NCBI GenBank assembly: GCA_903859155.1
Contig: CAIOLO010000063.1
Span: 10,408 to 74,407 of the forward strand
Direction: 5' to 3'
From: an uncultured beta proteobacterium
GTDB lineage: Bacteria; Pseudomonadota; Gammaproteobacteria; Burkholderiales; SG8-39
Length of the DNA stretch: 64,000 nucleotides
A program made the translations under genes and the position numbers. How positions within the stretch are numbered: position 1 is the stretch's first letter; each line of letters starts with the position of its first letter. The notes under the pieces are model-generated. The model was not told the origin of the DNA, did no database searches, and saw only the letters and a program-made list of their open reading frames with translations. Below are positions 28,021 through 38,171 of this stretch, one piece after another.

Positions 28021-28992
28021 ATGAAAACCACGCGTCGTGAATTCCTGTTGACCGCCGGTGCCCTTGGCGCGGCCACGCTGCCCTGGCCGGCCTTGGCCGC
28101 GCCGCTGTTCGAATCCATCTTCATGTTCGTGCCGGCCGCCCCCGGCGGCGGCTGGGATGGCACCGCACGCGCCATCGAGCAGGCCTGCAAGACCGCGGAC
28201 CTGGTGGGTGCCTTCCAGTTCGAGAACGTTGGCGGATCCGGCGGTATGGTCGGCCTGCCGCGTTTCGTGAACCAGAGAAAAGCGCAGGCCAATGCCATCA
28301 TGGTGGCCGGTTCTGTGATGATCGGCGCGGCCATCAGTGCCAAGAGCCCCATCGGCATCCAGAACGTCGTTCCCATTGCCAAGCTCACCGAAGAGTCCGG
28401 TGTCATCGTGGTGCCGAACAACTCCCCGATCAAGAGCTTTGCCGAATTGGTGGCGGCATTCAAGGCCGATCCGAGGAAAGTCCCGGTCGCCGGCGGCTCC
28501 GCGGGCGGCACCGACCACATCCTGCTGGGTTTGATGCTGAAGGCGCTGGGACGCAATCCGAAAGAAGGCGCCTATGTCGCTTTCGCCGGCGGCGGTCCGG
28601 CCAATGCCGCCATCATCGGCGGCCAGGTGGCGGCGGGCATTTCCGGTTATTCGGAATTCGAAGAGCAGATCAAGGGCGGGCGCATGCGGCCGCTGGCGGT
28701 CTCGGGCGAGGCCCGCATTCCGGGTGTCAACGTGCCCACGCTGCGCGAGCAGGGGATGAATGTGGTCTCGGCCAACTGGCGCGGCGTATTTGGCGCCCCC
28801 GGCATCCAGGCGCCGCAACGCGCGGCACTGGAGCATCTGGTCTCTGCAATGAAAGACACGGCGGGCTGGAAACAGATTCTCACCACGCGACGCTGGGCCG
28901 ACTCCTACCAGGCCGGCAGTGCGTTCGAGAAATATCTCGCACAGGACGTCGCCGATACTGTCGGGGTGATGAAGGACCTGGGATTAGCGTGA
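28021..28992 (+). CDS. tctC: Tripartite tricarboxylate transporter substrate-binding protein TctC (Bug family)
   Basis: ATG at 28021 follows GAGGAGG. Tat-like signal MKTTRREFLLTAGALGAA. Confidence 0.85.
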   Translation: MKTTRREFLLTAGALGAATLPWPALAAPLFESIFMFVPAAPGGGWDGTARAIEQACKTADLVGAFQFENVGGSGGMVGLPRFVNQRKAQANAIMVAGSVMIGAAISAKSPIGIQNVVPIAKLTEESGVIVVPNNSPIKSFAELVAAFKADPRKVPVAGGSAGGTDHILLGLMLKALGRNPKEGAYVAFAGGGPANAAIIGGQVAAGISGYSEFEEQIKGGRMRPLAVSGEARIPGVNVPTLREQGMNVVSANWRGVFGAPGIQAPQRAALEHLVSAMKDTAGWKQILTTRRWADSYQAGSAFEKYLAQDVADTVGVMKDLGLA

Positions 28993-29498
28993 GTGCGACT
29001 GGCGCGACGGCAACGGGCGTGAGCTCAAGCAGGGCCCCGCTGATGGCTGCGCTGGGGCTGGCCGCGCTGGCGGGGCTGACGCTATGGGGCGCCTGGAGCA
29101 TTCCGCAGGGCCCGGGTTTTTCCGCGGTGGGACCGCGGGATTTTCCGCTGGTGCTCTCGGGGACGCTGGCATTGCTCGCGCTTGCGGCTGTGGTGCAGGC
29201 CTTGCGCGGAAAAATTCCCGACGAGGCGCACAACCCGGAGGAACCGCCGCTGCCAGGGGCGCGCGCGCGCATGGGCTGGATGCTTGCGGGCATGCTGTTC
29301 GCGCCGCTGGGCTTGCACCTGTTCGGTTTTTTTGCAGGCGGTGTGATCGGTTTTGCGACTGTTGCGCGCTCATTCGGCGCGAAGAGCTGGCCGGCGATCA
29401 CCGGCTGGGCTATCGCCGCAACGCTGGTGGTCTGGCTGTTGTTCGACAAGGTCCTCACGCTCAAGCTGGGCAACGAATTGCTGCGGCTGCCTTTCTGA
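28989..29498 (+). CDS. tctB: TctB-family small membrane subunit
   Basis: 169 aa with 4 hydrophobic segments. GTGA overlap with tctC. Confidence 0.75.
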   Translation: MSATGATATGVSSSRAPLMAALGLAALAGLTLWGAWSIPQGPGFSAVGPRDFPLVLSGTLALLALAAVVQALRGKIPDEAHNPEEPPLPGARARMGWMLAGMLFAPLGLHLFGFFAGGVIGFATVARSFGAKSWPAITGWAIAATLVVWLLFDKVLTLKLGNELLRLPF

Positions 29499-29499
29499 G

Positions 29500-30978
29500 A
29501 TGGATGCCCTCTCCCATCTGATGCATGGTTTTTCCAACGCGCTGCAGCCGGCGGTGCTGATGTACGGTTTTCTCGGCTGCCTGGTGGGCACGCTGGTGGG
29601 GGTGTTGCCGGGCATTGGACCGGCACTGACCATCGCATTGCTGCTGCCGCTCACTTTCAAGGCGCCGGCCACGGCCATGTTCGTGTTGTTCGCCGGCATT
29701 TATTACGGCGCGATGTACGGCGGCTCGACCACCTCCATCCTGCTCAACACGCCGGGGGAGTCGGCATCGGTGGTCACGGCGCTGGAGGGCAACCGCATGG
29801 CTCGGCGCGGCATGGCCGGGCCGGCCCTGGCCACCGCGGCCATCGGTTCCTTCATCGCCGGCACCATCGGCACCATCGCGCTCACCTTCTTCTCGCCGAT
29901 GATCGTCGAGTCGGCGCTGCTGTTCGGTCCCGCGGAATATTTTTCGCTGATGTTGCTGGCGCTGGTGGCGGTGACTTCGGTGCTCGGCAATTCCCTGCTG
30001 CGCGGGCTGGTGAGCCTCAACCTCGGGCTGCTGTTCGGCATGGTGGGCGTGGACCTGCAGACCGGGCAGCACCGCTTTGCCTTCGGGCAGGCCGAACTGC
30101 TCGATGGCCTGGAGGTGACCATCGTCGCGGTGGGCCTGTTCGCGGTGGGCGAGGCGATGTTCATGGCCTGGAAAGGCCACGCCGCCGAGGGCAAGGTCGA
30201 GAAGATCTCCGGTTCGCTGTGGCTCGACCGCGAGGGCTGGCGGCGCTCCTGGAAACCCTGGCTGCGCGGCACCTTCTTCGGTTTTCCGATTGGCGCGATG
30301 CCGGCAGGCGGGGCCGAACTGCCGACGCTGCTCAGCTACTACACTGAAAAGAAACTCTCCCGGCATCCCGAGGAATTCGGCAACGGCGCCATCGAAGGCG
30401 TGGCCGGCCCCGAGGCGGCAAACAATGCCGCGGCGGCGGGCGTGCTGATGCCCTTGCTCACGCTGGGAATTCCCACTTCGGCCACCGCGGCGATCCTGCT
30501 CTCGGCATTCACCAGCTACGGCATAGCGCCCGGGCCGCTGCTGTTCGAGCAGCAGGCGGACCTGGTATGGACGCTGATCGCCAGCCTCTACGTCGGCAAC
30601 GTCATCCTGCTGGTTCTCAATCTGCCGCTGGTGGGATTGTGGGTGCAGTTGCTGCGCATCCCCGCGCCCTGGCTCTATGGCGGCATCATTCTGATCTCCA
30701 CCGCCGGCGTCTATGGCGCCAGCAGCTCGATATTCGATGTGGGCATGCTCTACGCCTTCGGCCTGCTCGGTTTTGTGATGCGGCGCTTCGATGCGCCGGT
30801 GGCGCCGATGGTCATGGGCCTGATTCTGGGGCCGATGGCCGAGCAATCGATGCGCCAGGCGCTCACCATCAGCGCGGGCGATTTCACCACTTTTGCGACG
30901 CGGCCGATTTCGGGCACGATCCTCGCGATTGCGGCGCTGATGCTGATTGTGCCGCGCGTGATGAGAGCGCGTAAATGA
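29500..30978 (+). CDS. tctA: TctA-family large permease subunit
   Basis: Start [11 protein letters not shown]. The ATG overlaps the tctB stop codon by one base. [14 protein letters not shown] is typical TctA. Confidence 0.85.
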   Translation: MDALSHLMHGFSNALQPAVLMYGFLGCLVGTLVGVLPGIGPALTIALLLPLTFKAPATAMFVLFAGIYYGAMYGGSTTSILLNTPGESASVVTALEGNRMARRGMAGPALATAAIGSFIAGTIGTIALTFFSPMIVESALLFGPAEYFSLMLLALVAVTSVLGNSLLRGLVSLNLGLLFGMVGVDLQTGQHRFAFGQAELLDGLEVTIVAVGLFAVGEAMFMAWKGHAAEGKVEKISGSLWLDREGWRRSWKPWLRGTFFGFPIGAMPAGGAELPTLLSYYTEKKLSRHPEEFGNGAIEGVAGPEAANNAAAAGVLMPLLTLGIPTSATAAILLSAFTSYGIAPGPLLFEQQADLVWTLIASLYVGNVILLVLNLPLVGLWVQLLRIPAPWLYGGIILISTAGVYGASSSIFDVGMLYAFGLLGFVMRRFDAPVAPMVMGLILGPMAEQSMRQALTISAGDFTTFATRPISGTILAIAALMLIVPRVMRARK

Positions 30979-31102
30979 CCGGTGGCGCCGCAGGCGCGAT
31001 GAATCGATTAATCCCATAGCGGCGCCTCACCTGAGAGGGGGAAACCCCAGGGCGCATCGCCGCTCAGGTTGCGTGCGCCACTAAACTTCCGCAGGAATTC
31101 GC

Positions 31103-33160
31103 ATGGCCATGTTTGTCGGCACCGATATCGGCGGCACCTTTACCGATCTGGTGGGCTACGACGCCGGACGCAAGAAGCTTTTCTACGCCAAGACGCTCAC
31201 CGAGAACGCCGACCTGGTCGAGGGGGTGATGCGCTGTCTGGCCGAAACCGGATTGAAACCCGAGGCGGTGGACATCCTCAAGCACGGCACCACCCAGGTG
31301 ATCAACACCCTGCTCGAGAGAAAAGGCGCGAAGACCGCGCTGGTCACCACCAGGGGGTTTCGCGACATCCTCGAGATCGGCCGTGCCGGACGGCCGGTGG
31401 TGTTTCGCTTCGAGTACGCGCGCCATCCACCGCTGGTGCCGCGCGCGCTGCGCTTCGAGCTCGACGAACGCATCGGCGCCGCTGGCGCGGTGCAGACACC
31501 GCTGGATGACGAAGAACTCGGGCGCCTTGCCGAGACCCTGCGTCGCGAGCAGGTGGAGGCGGTGGCGGTGTCCTTTTTGAATGCCTACCTCAATCCTGCG
31601 CATGAAGAACAGGCTGCCAGGGTGCTCGCCGCCCTGCTCCCCGGGGTGTACGTGACCACCGGCTCGGCGTTGTCGCGCGAATGGTACGAATACGAGCGCA
31701 CCTCGACGGCGGTGGCCAATGCCTTCGTGGGGCCGCTCACCGACGGCTATGTCGAGCGCTTCGATGCGCGCCTGGCCGGGGAAAAGTTTCACGGCCGCTT
31801 CTTTCTGATGGCCTCCAACGGCGGCGTGCTCGCGGCGCGGCGCGCGCGCGAGCAACCGATCGCGCTGGTGGAGTCCGGGCCGGTCGGCGGCTGCATCGGC
31901 GCGGCCGTCTATGCAAAGGCGCTGGGCATTGAAAAACTCATCGCTTTCGACATGGGCGGCACCACCGCCAAGTGCGCTCTGGTGGAGCGCTCCCGTTTCG
32001 AAGTGCGGCCGGATTATTACGTGGGCGGCTACGACTACGGCTTTCCGGTGCGCACGCCGGTGCTCGATATCGTCGAGGTGGGCACCGGCGGCGGTTCGAT
32101 CGCCTACCTGGATGAGCAGAGCCGCCTGCATGTGGGGCCCAGGAGCGCCGGATCCGACCCCGGTCCGGTGTGCTTCGGCCGTGGCGGCATCGAGCCCACG
32201 GTCACCGATGCCAATGCGGTGCTCGATCGCATCAGCGGCGGGGCTTTTCTGTCCGGAGCGCTGCCGCTCGATCGCAGTGCTGCGCTTGCCGCGGTGATGC
32301 AGCGCGTGGGCACTGCGCTCGGTTACCGGGGGGCGGACGCTGCCGACAAGGTGGCCAGCGGCATCCTCGCCCTGGCCAATGCGCAGATGGCCAGCGCCAT
32401 TCGCGAGATCACCATCGAACGCGGCAAGGATGTGCGCGAGTTCACGCTGTTTCTGTTTGGCGGCGGCGGGCCATTGCACGGGCTTGACCTCGCGCGTGAA
32501 CTGCATGTAGGACGCGTCGTGGTGCCGCCCGAACCGGGCAACTTCTCGGCGCTGGGCATGCTGCTGGCCGATGCGCGTGTCGACGAATCGCACACCTTTC
32601 TGTGCGTGCTCGACGAAGCGGCGGCGCCGCTGCTGGGCGCGCGCCTCGATGAGATGCGGCGCGCGGCGGGCGCGGCGTTGCAGCGCGATTTCGGCAATGC
32701 CGCGGTGGCCTTTGAATACCAGGCCGAGATGCGCTATCTGGGACAGCGGCATCCGATCCGCATCCCGCTCACTGCAGCGGACACGGTCGCCGCAATCCGC
32801 GACAGGTTTCTGCAGCACTACCGCCGCCGCTACGGCCGCGCCGATGAGGAGACGCCGATGGAATTCATCGGCCTGCGGGTGGCGGGCATCGCCGCCACCG
32901 AGCGACCGGACATTGCCCACCTGCACCGCGCCGCGAAATCCGGACCGGTGGCGGCGGTGGCGCGACGCGCTGTCTATTTTGCGGCGCCGGGGGCGCGCAT
33001 CGACACGCCGGTGTACGTGCGCGATACCCTGCCCGTCGGCGCGCGGCTCGACGGTCCGGCGGTCATCCAGGAGTTCGGTGCCACCACCGTGATCGCACCG
33101 GGGGACAGGCTCGAGGTCGGTGTGCTGGGCGAATTCAACATCGAGCTGGCGCGCGCATGA
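31103..33160 (+). CDS. hyuA: Hydantoinase/oxoprolinase family protein, A subunit
   Basis: GTDIGGTFTDLV N-terminus, 685 aa. Confidence 0.85.
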   Translation: MAMFVGTDIGGTFTDLVGYDAGRKKLFYAKTLTENADLVEGVMRCLAETGLKPEAVDILKHGTTQVINTLLERKGAKTALVTTRGFRDILEIGRAGRPVVFRFEYARHPPLVPRALRFELDERIGAAGAVQTPLDDEELGRLAETLRREQVEAVAVSFLNAYLNPAHEEQAARVLAALLPGVYVTTGSALSREWYEYERTSTAVANAFVGPLTDGYVERFDARLAGEKFHGRFFLMASNGGVLAARRAREQPIALVESGPVGGCIGAAVYAKALGIEKLIAFDMGGTTAKCALVERSRFEVRPDYYVGGYDYGFPVRTPVLDIVEVGTGGGSIAYLDEQSRLHVGPRSAGSDPGPVCFGRGGIEPTVTDANAVLDRISGGAFLSGALPLDRSAALAAVMQRVGTALGYRGADAADKVASGILALANAQMASAIREITIERGKDVREFTLFLFGGGGPLHGLDLARELHVGRVVVPPEPGNFSALGMLLADARVDESHTFLCVLDEAAAPLLGARLDEMRRAAGAALQRDFGNAAVAFEYQAEMRYLGQRHPIRIPLTAADTVAAIRDRFLQHYRRRYGRADEETPMEFIGLRVAGIAATERPDIAHLHRAAKSGPVAAVARRAVYFAAPGARIDTPVYVRDTLPVGARLDGPAVIQEFGATTVIAPGDRLEVGVLGEFNIELARA

Positions 33161-34923
33161 ATCTTCCTGTCAACAATGCGTCCGCCGCGGTCGACCCGCT
33201 CACCGCCGAGGTGATCATCCACGGTCTGTGCGCGATTCCCAATCTGATCGACAAGAACATCACGCGCACCGCTTTTTCCATTCTCATCTCCGAGTACAAG
33301 GATTACGCGGTCGGGATCGTGGATGCGAAGGGGCGGCTGGTGACGCAAAGCAAGGGCGGGCTGCCGATTTTCGTCGCCAACGCGCTGTGCGCGGCGGTGA
33401 ACGACGGCCTGGAAATCTATGGCAAGGCGCGCCTGCAGCATGGTGACGTGGTGATCTCCAACCACGCCGGCACCATGGGCCAGCACCTGAACAACGTGGT
33501 GATGTACACGCCCATACGCACCGATGACAGCGACGCCGGCCTGGTGGGGTTTCTCGCCATCGTGATGCACTGGATCGACATCGGCGGCATCGTGGTGGGT
33601 TCCTGCAGTTCCAACGACACCACCGACATCTATCAGGAGGGCATCCAGTTCCACACCGTGAAGGTGCTCGCGCGCGGCGAGCGCGTCGAGGAGATGTACC
33701 GCATGATCGCGGCCAACACGCGCTTCCCGAAGATGGTGCTGGGCGACATGGAGGCGCAGGTCGCCGGCTGCCTCATCGGGCGCGACATGGTGCTTGACCT
33801 TGTGAGCCGCCACGGCCACGCCGCCATCGAAGCGGCGGTGAAGCTTTTCTGGGACAAGAGCGAGGCCGCGGTGCGCGCAGCAATCGCCGAACTCCCCGAC
33901 GGCGTTTATCGCGCCAGTTCCTTTCTCGACGACGACGGCATCAACAAGGGCAAGCCGGTGCCGATCGACGTGGAGGTGCGCATCGCCGGCAACGCCATCA
34001 CCATCGACTTCAGCGAAATCGCCGCGCAGATGGACGGTCCGCTGAACGCGGGTTTCGCCGGCGGTGCGATTGCCGCGGCACGCATTGCCTGCAAATACCT
34101 GTTCTCGCCCGACGAGCCGGCCAACGACGGCGCCTTCCGGCCCATTCACGTGATCTGTCCGCCGGGCAGGTTTCTGTCCGCGCAGCCGCCCGCGGCGCTC
34201 TCGGGTTCGGGTTCGATGATCCCTACGGTGGTTGACACCATCCTGCGCGCACTTGCCGACGCGCTGCCCGAACGCATTCCGGCCGCGCACCACGGCACCT
34301 ACGGCATTCACATGATCTACGGGCGCGTCCCCGGGGAGAACCGCTGGTACCAGCACATGGAGGCGTCGGTGGGCGGTTGGGGCGCGGCGCGCAACCGGGA
34401 CGGTCCCGGCCCGTATCGCTCCAACCTGCATGGCGACACGCTGGAGGTGCCGGTGGAACTGCAGGAGGCCTCCTATCCCTATCAGGTGGGCTGGGTGCGT
34501 CTGCGCCAGGATTCCGGCGGTGCCGGGGCGATGCGCGGCGGACTGGGGGTGGAGAAGTCCTATCGCCTCAAAGTGCCGGGGCGGTTGTGGGTGCAGATCG
34601 AGCGCACCCGCTGCCCGCCCTGGGGCCTCGCCGGCGGCCATGCGGCGGTGACCGGCAGGGTCGAGGTGCATCGCGAGGGCGGCGAAACCCTCGTCATCAC
34701 CAAGGACGACGTTGCGCTGCAGGCGGGCGACGAGGTGCGCGTGTACACCGCCGGCGGTGGCGGCTATGGCGAGCCGCTGGCACGCGATGCCGCGCGCGTG
34801 CACGCGGATGCGCAAAGCGGCTATATTTCGCGCGCAGCCGCCGAACGCGATTACGGCGTGGTCATCGATGCAGCGGGAAACCTCGATGTCGCGCAGACCC
34901 GGGCGCGACGCTCCGGGGGCTGA
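33157..34923 (+). CDS. hyuB: Hydantoinase B/oxoprolinase family protein
   Basis: 588 aa. ATGA overlap with hyuA. Typical HyuB blocks (GGGGYGEPLARD). Confidence 0.85.
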   Translation: MNLPVNNASAAVDPLTAEVIIHGLCAIPNLIDKNITRTAFSILISEYKDYAVGIVDAKGRLVTQSKGGLPIFVANALCAAVNDGLEIYGKARLQHGDVVISNHAGTMGQHLNNVVMYTPIRTDDSDAGLVGFLAIVMHWIDIGGIVVGSCSSNDTTDIYQEGIQFHTVKVLARGERVEEMYRMIAANTRFPKMVLGDMEAQVAGCLIGRDMVLDLVSRHGHAAIEAAVKLFWDKSEAAVRAAIAELPDGVYRASSFLDDDGINKGKPVPIDVEVRIAGNAITIDFSEIAAQMDGPLNAGFAGGAIAAARIACKYLFSPDEPANDGAFRPIHVICPPGRFLSAQPPAALSGSGSMIPTVVDTILRALADALPERIPAAHHGTYGIHMIYGRVPGENRWYQHMEASVGGWGAARNRDGPGPYRSNLHGDTLEVPVELQEASYPYQVGWVRLRQDSGGAGAMRGGLGVEKSYRLKVPGRLWVQIERTRCPPWGLAGGHAAVTGRVEVHREGGETLVITKDDVALQAGDEVRVYTAGGGGYGEPLARDAARVHADAQSGYISRAAAERDYGVVIDAAGNLDVAQTRARRSGG

Positions 34924-35037
34924 CTACTCCGCACGCCGTTGTTATTAAAGGCAACCAGGATGGCTGCCAATGTACGCGTATATTGGCGATGGCGTAATAA
35001 AAGATAAACAATTGTGCATCGTGGCAAGGCAACATTC

Positions 35038-35610
35038 ATGAATCTGTTCTTCGATACCGAGACCACCGGGGTGCCCGGGAATTACCGGGCGCCGGCATCG
35101 GATCTGAAAAACTGGCCAAGGATGGTGCAGGTTGCGTGGCTGCTGGTCGATGCCGACAACAGGGAAATCGAGTTTGCCGAGCACATCGTCAAGCCGGATG
35201 GTTTTGCCATTCCCGATGATGCGGCCCGGATACACGGCATCACCACCGACATTGCGGCGCGGGACGGCGTCGAACTGGGGTTCGTGCTCGATTCCATGGC
35301 GGCCGGCATGAAGCGGGCTTCGACGCTGTTTGCGCACAACATGGCGTTCGACGAAAAGATCCTCGGCGCGGAATTCTTGCGTGCCGGCCTGGCCAATCCG
35401 GTGGAGTCGATGCCGCGTCGCTGCACCATGCAGGAGGCGACGAATTATTGCCGCCTGCCCGGACGTTACGGATTCAAATGGCCCTCCCTGCAGGAGTTGC
35501 ACCTGAAACTGTTCAACCAGCCCCTTGAGGGCGCGCATCGCGCGCTCGTCGACGTGCGCGCCTGCGCGCGCTGCTATGCCGAACTCAAGCGCCTCAAGGC
35601 CATGGCCTGA
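35038..35610 (+). CDS. Stand-alone DEDDh 3'-5' exonuclease (DnaQ-like)
   Basis: Exo motifs FFDTETTG, AHNMAFDEKIL and HRALVDVRA. Confidence 0.8.
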   Translation: MNLFFDTETTGVPGNYRAPASDLKNWPRMVQVAWLLVDADNREIEFAEHIVKPDGFAIPDDAARIHGITTDIAARDGVELGFVLDSMAAGMKRASTLFAHNMAFDEKILGAEFLRAGLANPVESMPRRCTMQEATNYCRLPGRYGFKWPSLQELHLKLFNQPLEGAHRALVDVRACARCYAELKRLKAMA

Positions 35611-35724
35611 GGCGGAACGACGGTCGGTGCTGGTCGGACGCAAAAAGTCTGATTCCTTGGCTGATCCGGCCGGGAGTATGCTGGCGCAGCAATCGCGATT
35701 CCCATCCACGGAGGCAATGTCACG

Positions 35725-35991
35725 ATGAGCCCGGAAAAAATCAAGGTACGCGTCACCGAGACCGGACAGATCCTCGATGTGGTGGTCCTGAGCAAGCGGG
35801 CCGGTGCGATCCAGGTGGTGCTCGGCGAGGGTATCCACAACGTCAAATGTGATCTGACGCCAACCCGGAACGGGCTCGCCTATGCGGGCAGCGTGGCGGG
35901 GCGGGAACTCGTCTACGAGCGCAGCCGCGACCAGGTGGCGGCCGATCTGGATATCAGGAACGCGACACTGCACGACCCGCGGCGGCGCTGA
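35725..35991 (+). CDS. Hypothetical small protein (88 aa)
   Basis: GGAGG lies 10 nt upstream and the composition looks coding. No recognisable domain. Confidence 0.5.
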   Translation: MSPEKIKVRVTETGQILDVVVLSKRAGAIQVVLGEGIHNVKCDLTPTRNGLAYAGSVAGRELVYERSRDQVAADLDIRNATLHDPRRR

Positions 35992-36286
35992 GTTTTCATT
36001 GACCCGCGGCGGTTCGCAACCAGCCGGCCCCGCTTTGGCCGGGGTCACCGTTGGTGCCAGCGGGCCGCCCCATTTCGCCTCACCGCAAAAAGCAGTGGTC
36101 GCAAGGCGAAAAAAAGGGGCTCAAATTGCCTATACTGTCGCGGCGTTCAAGCAAGCGTGTTCCCTTGCCGGAGGGGATGCATCCTGCAGCCTTGCGACCG
36201 CGATCCGGACGGGGCATTGCGCAACGCTTACCGGGTTTTGCCCACGATCCGCAACCCATTCTTAATGGAACGAGTACCCAGCAGCC

Positions 36287-37207
36287 ATGAGCATCGCATT
36301 CCGCGCCGTCCATCACATCCGCTTCTCGCACTGCGATCCGGGCGGGATCGTGTATTTTCCCAATTTCTTCGACTTCATCAATGCCACCGTCGAGGACTGG
36401 TCCGACCAGGTGGTCGAGGAACCGTTCGAGTCCCGGCTCATGCAAAGGCGCCTGGCCATGCCGGTGGTGATGGGGCAGTGCCAGTTCTACCGGCCCTGCC
36501 ACATTGGCGACCAACTCGAGATGGAGCTTGCGATCGCGCGCATCGGCCGCAGCACCATCGATTTCCGGATTACCGGCAGGGTCGGCCTCGAGGAGCGCCT
36601 GCGTGCCCGCCACGTGATTGCCATGGTCTCGCTCGAGAATTACCGCGCGGTGCCGCTGCCCGAGGCGCTGCGGGCAAAGGTGGCGCCCTACGTTCTGGGT
36701 GAAACGGCCCTGCCGCGCCTGGCCACCGAGGGTGCTGTGCCTCCCAGGTTATTCCTTTCGCGCCACGCGCTGCGCTTCTCGCACTGCGATCCGGCGGGCA
36801 TCGTGTACTCACCGAATACCTTCGACATGATCAACGCCGCGGTCGAGGACTGGTTCGGCGAAGAACTAGGGCTTTCGTTCGCCGAGTTGCACATAAACCA
36901 GCGGCTCGGATTTCCGATTGTCGAGACCCATTGCGAGTTCCTCAAGCCGTCGCGCATCGGCGAGCATTTGACACTGCAGCTCGCGGTGACGCGGCTCGGC
37001 CGCTCCTCGGTGGTGTTGCGCATCTCCGGGATTGTCGCCGGCGAGGAGCGCATGCGCGCCCGGCATGTGATCGCGATGATCTCGCTCGAGTCGCTGCGCG
37101 CGGTGCCGATTCCGCCCGAATTGCGCGCCAGAATGGCCGCATTCGCCGTCGAGGTGGTCGACCTTGCGCCACCGAGTGAAAAATCCGTTACCGCCGGCAA
37201 TGCCTGA
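36287..37207 (+). CDS. Tandem double hotdog (4HBT/YbgC-like) acyl-CoA thioesterase
   Basis: Two collinear halves about 152 aa apart: RFSHCDPGGIVYFPNFFDFINATVEDW versus RFSHCDPAGIVYSPNTFDMINAAVEDW, and RARHVIAMVSLE versus RARHVIAMISLE. Confidence 0.8.
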   Translation: MSIAFRAVHHIRFSHCDPGGIVYFPNFFDFINATVEDWSDQVVEEPFESRLMQRRLAMPVVMGQCQFYRPCHIGDQLEMELAIARIGRSTIDFRITGRVGLEERLRARHVIAMVSLENYRAVPLPEALRAKVAPYVLGETALPRLATEGAVPPRLFLSRHALRFSHCDPAGIVYSPNTFDMINAAVEDWFGEELGLSFAELHINQRLGFPIVETHCEFLKPSRIGEHLTLQLAVTRLGRSSVVLRISGIVAGEERMRARHVIAMISLESLRAVPIPPELRARMAAFAVEVVDLAPPSEKSVTAGNA

Positions 37208-37270
37208 AGCCGCGTGACTTATCATTCTATTTCCCGGCCAGGCCGGCATTAATTGAGGAGGCAATAAACG

Positions 37271-38041
37271 GTGGAAAAATCTCCATTTCCGGAATTCGAT
37301 CTCTCCGGCAGGGTGGCCCTGGTGACCGGGGCGGCACGGGGTCTGGGCCGCGCGATTGCCCTGGAACTGGCCAAATACGGGGCCGATCTGGTCGCTTGCG
37401 ATATTCTTCCCGAGGTGGAAAGCATCAAGGCGGATGTCGAAGGGCTGGGCCGCCGGGTGCTGGTTCAGCAGGTCGATGTCTGCAAGATTCCCGCCATCCA
37501 GGCCATGGTCGATGAATCGGTCAGGGTGTTCGGCCACATCGACATCCTGGTCACCTGCGCGGGGATCAATATTCCGCAATGGGCGGTCGATGTCACCGAG
37601 GAAGCCTGGGACAAGGTCAACGACCTCAATCTCAAGGCGCTGTTTTTCTGCTGCCAGGCGGTTGGAAAACAGATGATCCGGCAGAAAAAGGGAAAGATCA
37701 TCAACCTTTCTTCGACCATGGGCAGTGTCGGCATGGAGCGCAGGGCGGCCTATTCGTCGAGCAAGGCGGGGGTCAATCTGCTGACGAAAATTCTGGCGAT
37801 CGAATGGGCGCCGCATAACGTGAACGTCAACGCCATTGCGCCGACATTTGTCGACACGCCGCTGACCAAGCCGATGTTCGAAGAGCAGGGTTTCCGGGAT
37901 GCGATTCTGAAAAACATTCCGATGGGCCGCATTGCCAGCACCCGGGATGTCGCCGGCGCCGCCATCTATCTGGCCTCGGAAGCGGCCAACATGGTCACCG
38001 GCCACGTGCTGCTGGTCGATGGCGGCTGGACCGCCCACTGA
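37271..38041 (+). CDS. Short-chain dehydrogenase/reductase (SDR)
   Basis: TGAARGLG cofactor motif and catalytic YSSSK. GTG start. Confidence 0.85.
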   Translation: MEKSPFPEFDLSGRVALVTGAARGLGRAIALELAKYGADLVACDILPEVESIKADVEGLGRRVLVQQVDVCKIPAIQAMVDESVRVFGHIDILVTCAGINIPQWAVDVTEEAWDKVNDLNLKALFFCCQAVGKQMIRQKKGKIINLSSTMGSVGMERRAAYSSSKAGVNLLTKILAIEWAPHNVNVNAIAPTFVDTPLTKPMFEEQGFRDAILKNIPMGRIASTRDVAGAAIYLASEAANMVTGHVLLVDGGWTAH

Positions 38042-38150
38042 GGGCGCCGCGGAACTGCCGGGCGGCGCGGGCAATTGTCAAAAGTGACATTGCAATGCGG
38101 TGAAAACGCCCGCCAATGCTTGTCAAAGCAAAATAAAAGTTAATAAATAT

Positions 38151-38171
38151 CGGTTTCTTTAGAGGAAACCG
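38151..38171 (-). terminator. Hairpin overlapping the gluQ stop codon
   Basis: CGGTTTC-tttagag-GAAACCG, followed on the minus strand by a T-rich run. Confidence 0.45.

Noticed and set aside
38090-38098. Another copy of the phasin-promoter motif core (TTGCAATGC) in the SDR/gluQ convergent intergenic region, next to two TTGTCAAA repeats.
   Set aside because: It is a single, imperfect half-extended copy located between two gene 3' ends where no promoter is expected. It is probably coincidental.
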